From the NCBI GenBank assembly GCA_958009085.1, contig OY253675.1, forward strand, positions 372,001 to 436,000: a DNA stretch of 64,000 bases, given 5' to 3'. Position numbers and translations under genes: made by a program. A model generated the notes under the pieces. It saw only the letters and a list, made by a program, of their open reading frames with translations. It searched no databases and was not told the DNA's origin. This stretch comes from Protoeuglena noctilucae. Its lineage: Eukaryota. Positions 59,801 to 64,000 of the stretch are shown here, one piece after another (position 1 is the first letter of the stretch; every line of letters starts with the position of its first letter).

Positions 59801-62800
59801 AGCTGCAGGCGGAGGCCAGGGGTGGCGGCGGGGGCGATGGTAGTGCTGTCAGCGTAGCGGCGGCGGGGGGGGTGCGTGGGGATGGGGTGGGAAAGGGGTG
59901 GAGTGGGGTGGGCGAGGTGACCGATGCGAGCCAGGTCCGATACATGGACATGCCGGGCTACCGGGGTGGTTACTCGAATACCAAAGTGGCCATGGCGGCA
60001 GCATCGGGGTCGGCATTGGGTCACGACATGTCCCTCGCACGCGCGCTGGAGGTGTTGGGCCTGAAGGAGCGTGGGGAGGTGGGCTTGCGTGCCGCCGCCA
60101 GTGTCCACGTGGCGGCTGCGGGGCCCTCGGTGTCGCCGTGGCTGTCGCGCAGTGCGCTGGGGGATCTGAGTGTATCTGGGGTGCAAGAGGGACGGGGAAC
60201 GGGGTCGGTTACTGGCAGGGCCAGGCGCAGCGCGGTGGTCACGGCAACGACCATCCGCGGCACTGCGGGCGATGCGCATGGGGGCGTCCCACCAAGCGAC
60301 GGTGATCCGAGCGACAGTGGTAGTGACGGCGGGCAGCGCGGGGGCGGCGCCGGCGGCCGGGTTAGGGAGCGCAGGGGCGGTGTGGGTGGTGGGTCGACAT
60401 CTAGGGGTGGCGATCGCCCCAACCACGGCCCCGCTGGGACCGGGCACCTGGACGCCTCTGCTGCAACAACGTCATCCACCTCCTCCTCATCTCTGGCGAT
60501 CTCCACCCAGCCGTCCCTGTCCGAGCGGCTTCGTGCTGTGCGCGTCGTGCTGGCGTCGAGACGTGCTCTGGCGCAACGTGCTGTGGCGGGGTGCTACGCC
60601 CGGCTGCGGCAGGTGACCTGAAAAGGGAGGTAGTGGCTCAGTGCTCGCATGGCCGCGACGGCTGGGTAGGGTGTGCTTCGAGATGCGGTGACAACAACAC
60701 GTCGTTGTTGCTCTCACACGCCAATGACATAGTTGTATGACTCTGATCCAACCATATCATTCGTTCTCTAATTATCGCTCTCATATCACACATACATCTC
60801 AGGTGCGCGCGGAGTTGGCGTACGCCGAGTACGTTTGCACGTCGAGGAAGGCGCCGGAGATGCGGCCCTCGCGGCTGGAGAGGGGGAAGCCAAAGACCAC
60901 GTGGTGAGGGTCGGGAAAGCTGTTAAATATGATGACATGGGTGGGAGTTTGAGACGGCATAGTGGGGCGGCCGGCGTGCAGCCAACCGAGTGACCCATTC
61001 CACTCCCCGCATCCCCTCACACCTCCCTCTCTCGTTCTTTACCCTTACACTTCCCTCACACAGTCCCCTCCCTCGCACCTCCCCCCCCAGGCTGTCCGGC
61101 GCCGTGAGCGTCGCCCAGTCCAAGCACGCCCCCACGCGGCCTCAGGAGCCGGACCGCCTGCAGTCGCACCCACTGCGGCCGGAGATGCACGCGTGGGAGG
61201 GGTCGCAGGTGAGTGGGGGTGGGTGTTCGTGAGAGTGGCAGTGACAGTGCTGCGCTAGAGTGCTGGGCATGCATGAAGTGGTTGTGAGGGTGTTAGTGCT
61301 GAGTCTTTACGTCATAATCATGACGCATGGATGCTGCAACCGTCTCGCATTCCCCCGCATCGCAGTTTAAGCTCGCCCTTCTGTGCGAGTTGTGCACCAA
61401 GCTGCAGCTGAAGCTGGGCTTCATGGCGATGGCGTGCCTGGGGGTGGAGCGGAGGGACAAGGAGAACCTGGTGGACCAAGTGCACTGGTGAGGGTAACAT
61501 CACATTATCAGGTTGGTCATAGTAATATCAAAAGCTCATTTGGTTGCGACCCACACAACCACCCGCACCCACACCCGCAGGCGCACCCGCCGCTCCCTCC
61601 TCCGCGCCGGCCTGGCCGCCCTGCTATGCAACGCGGAGGAGGGGAGGGCCAAGCGGGCAGCGGCGGACGCTCACTTGGCGATAAGGGGAAGGGAGAGGGT
61701 GCAGGAGGCGTGGGGGCGGTGGCGGGGGTGGGCGAGGGAGGAAGGCGCGCTGACCAGGTGACGGTCAGTTTGTCATTAATTGATATACTGATTGGTAGTA
61801 CTAGTTATGCTAGTTATGAATTGGCTGGTACTGGTTCACATGGCTACCGTGACTCGCTGTGATGGGCGAGGGAGGAAGGCGCGCTGACCGGGTGAGGGGT
61901 GGGAATGGGTGCACTGATTGGTAATGATAGTACTTTATAGTAATGGATTGACAGGTACTGATTGCCATGGCTGCAATCACTGTTCACAGACACCCACACC
62001 CACACCGCGACCCCTACCCACACGCACCCACCCCCACTCACCCCCCGCAGTTCCTACCTCCGTTGCCGCGCCATCCACGACCGCCTGCTCCGCACCTCCG
62101 CCCTCGCCCACTGGGCCGCCCTGGCCACCTCCCAGAGACTGGCGCGGCTGAGTCAGGCCGCCGGGATCTCGTTTCACGCCAAGTCCTGCCAGCTGCGGTG
62201 CTTTGCGGCCTGGAAGCATCTTCTGCTAAAGCGCAAGATGCTCGACGATCGGATGCGCGCGCCTGCGACTGTGACCATCGCAAACGCCACTATCCCCACC
62301 ACCGCCACTGCCGGAGTTACACGGGGTGTGGCGCGTGGCACCACCACCACCACCACCACCGCTGTCATTGCACGCGGCAGGGCAGGGACTGTGGTTGATA
62401 AGGGTGCGACGATCGCGGATCCCAGTGGGGGTCCGCTGCCCCGGCTGGGCGACGCCATTGGACGGGGGCTGGGGCGCGTGGCGGGGCGGTTCGAGGCGGC
62501 GAGGGTGCAGGTGAGGGGTCACAGCTGTGGTGGTGAGCGTGCGGGGGTGCAGGTGAGGGGTCACAGCTGTGGTGGTGAGCGTGCGGGGGTGCAGGTGAGG
62601 GGTTGCTGCCGTGGCGGCTGGGAGCATACTCGCATTTTACGTGGGTCGCTACATGTGTACACATCTGCCCACATCGTAGCTCCACTCATCAACCCCACCC
62701 CATGTTAACATCCACCCCCCTCTACCACAACTCAGATCCATCAGTGCAAGTCCCTGCTGCGCCGCCTGGCCCCTCACCTGCGCTTCACCGCAAGCGGTGA

Positions 62801-64000
62801 CGATGTGCAGTGGGCCGCCTCCGTCCACGCCGTCCGCACCGCCCGGGCAACCGCCGAGCGACAGCAAGCATCGACACAGTTACCACAGTTACCGCGTGAC
62901 AGTGATGGTCGCAGTGGGGGTGGTAATGCAAGGGGAGTGGGGGCTACGAGAGCGGTAGAGCTGGGGCCTGTGCCGGAGGCGCAGCGGCTGGGGCTGGGGG
63001 AGGCGGGGCAGCGAAAGGCGATGATGAGGGCGATGGGAGTGGCGCAAGGAATGGGTGGGGGAGGCAGTGGGGTGGCTGGGGGGGGTAGCGATGCGGGTGC
63101 GGGTGGGGGTGCGGGTGCAGGTGTGGGTATAGGTATGGGGACAGAGGTGGAGGTCAGTTTGGGGTCTGCGTTGGGTGCGGCGGAGGGTCGCGATGCGCCG
63201 GCGACGGTCAGTGGGACGTTCGGGGGGGTGTCGACGGTGGATGGGGTGCATGCTGCGCAAGTGCATGGGTCATTGCCCGGCATCCCCGCTGGCTTGGCGA
63301 TACCTGAGATGTTCCAGGTGAGACCTGAATGCTGCACTGAGTCAGGTTAAGTGCCCGGCAGTCAGTGCGACACTGCAGCTATCGAGAGAGCACTCGCAGC
63401 ATTCATAGTTAATTAGATAGTGTTGCCAGTAAGTCTCACTGACTTGCAAACCAATCAATCCCCTTATCTGCCACCACCGCCGCAGGTGGACACGGAGCCC
63501 GGCTGGGCCCACCTGGCCCGCATCCTGCAAAGCGTGCTAGACACCATGATAGCAGCTGGCGGTGCCTCATCCGCCACCCACATCGTCCGGGGAATGCGGG
63601 ACGTGGCTACAAGCAGCCAAATTGGCGACTCGCTTGCCCTGCGTTTTCTGGCGGAGGCGGCGGTGTTAGCAGCCAGGACGGCGGGGGCGGGAAGGCCCAG
63701 GCACGCCCCCTTCCGCCCCACCCTCGACCGCATCGCAAATGCGCTGCGCGCGGAGCTTGCGGCCGCGACGCCAATCGCGGGAGCAGACGCGGTGTACACA
63801 GCTGCCACCGACACCGCACTCACCGCCACTCGCGTGGCTGCCGCCCTCGCCGCCACCGCCGCCGCCCGTCTGGCCGAGGGCGTACCCGGCCGCGATCCCC
63901 AGAACGTGCTGCGCCGTCCCCTGTCGCTTTCGGTGGAGGAGGTCGCCCGGCTGGAGTCCGGACTGACACGGGTGTCTGACGCGCTGTCTGGCGTTTCGCC
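56838..64000 (+). CDS. Large low-complexity protein with Sfi1-like (centrin-binding) repeats; runs off the window end
   Basis: Long S/P/A/G-rich exons (56838-57566, 57926-58504, 58719-60613), then short exons with AADAHL....VQEAWGRWRGW, IHDRLLRTSALAHW, AGISFHAKSCQLRCFAAWKH. These fit the loose Sfi1 consensus A-x7-LL-x3-F/L-x2-W. That it is a gene is well supported; the family call is weaker. Confidence 0.55.
62503..62603 (+). repeat. 42-bp tandem repeat (2.4 copies), each copy containing a CAG|GTGAGG splice donor
   Basis: gggtgcaggtgaggggtcacagctgtggtggtgagcgtgcgg at 62503 and 62545, partial at 62587. Confidence 0.9.

Noticed and set aside
7529..62049. Introner (mobile intron) family
   Set aside because: Introns share composition, but I saw no alignable sequence shared between different introns; the repeats are local to each intron.

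Overview
GC-rich, gene-dense, intron-rich eukaryotic nuclear DNA, most likely from a green alga. This is inferred from nuclear, spliced homologues of the plastid/cyanobacterial families CemA and DUF3181. The supplied ORF track is mostly exon fragments and antisense artefacts, so I rebuilt gene models by hand from splice sites and remembered family motifs; no database searches were run. About 16 spliced genes are visible: CemA/DLDG1-like, a small Chibby-like coiled-coil gene, a GRAB-domain golgin, coatomer beta', a Plavaka/EnSpm-type transposase flanked by imperfect inverted GATC-rich repeats, mitochondrial-type rpl2, a secreted protein with curlin-like Q/N repeats, TRAPPC13-like, a large armadillo-repeat gene, a tiny secreted acidic EF-hand protein, a full-length SMCHD1-like GHKL-ATPase/SMC-hinge gene, RecX-like, DUF3181, a partial Sfi1-repeat-like gene and two unknowns. 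The most unusual signals are: (1) at least a dozen introns contain near-identical 'echo' copies of their own exon/splice junction; (2) a secreted protein with one candidate amyloid/beta-solenoid repeat per exon; (3) an SMCHD1-type chromatin protein that closely follows the animal motif pattern; (4) G-rich 5' and C-rich 3' intron arms whose skew extends into synonymous codon choice; (5) frequent GC-AG introns.
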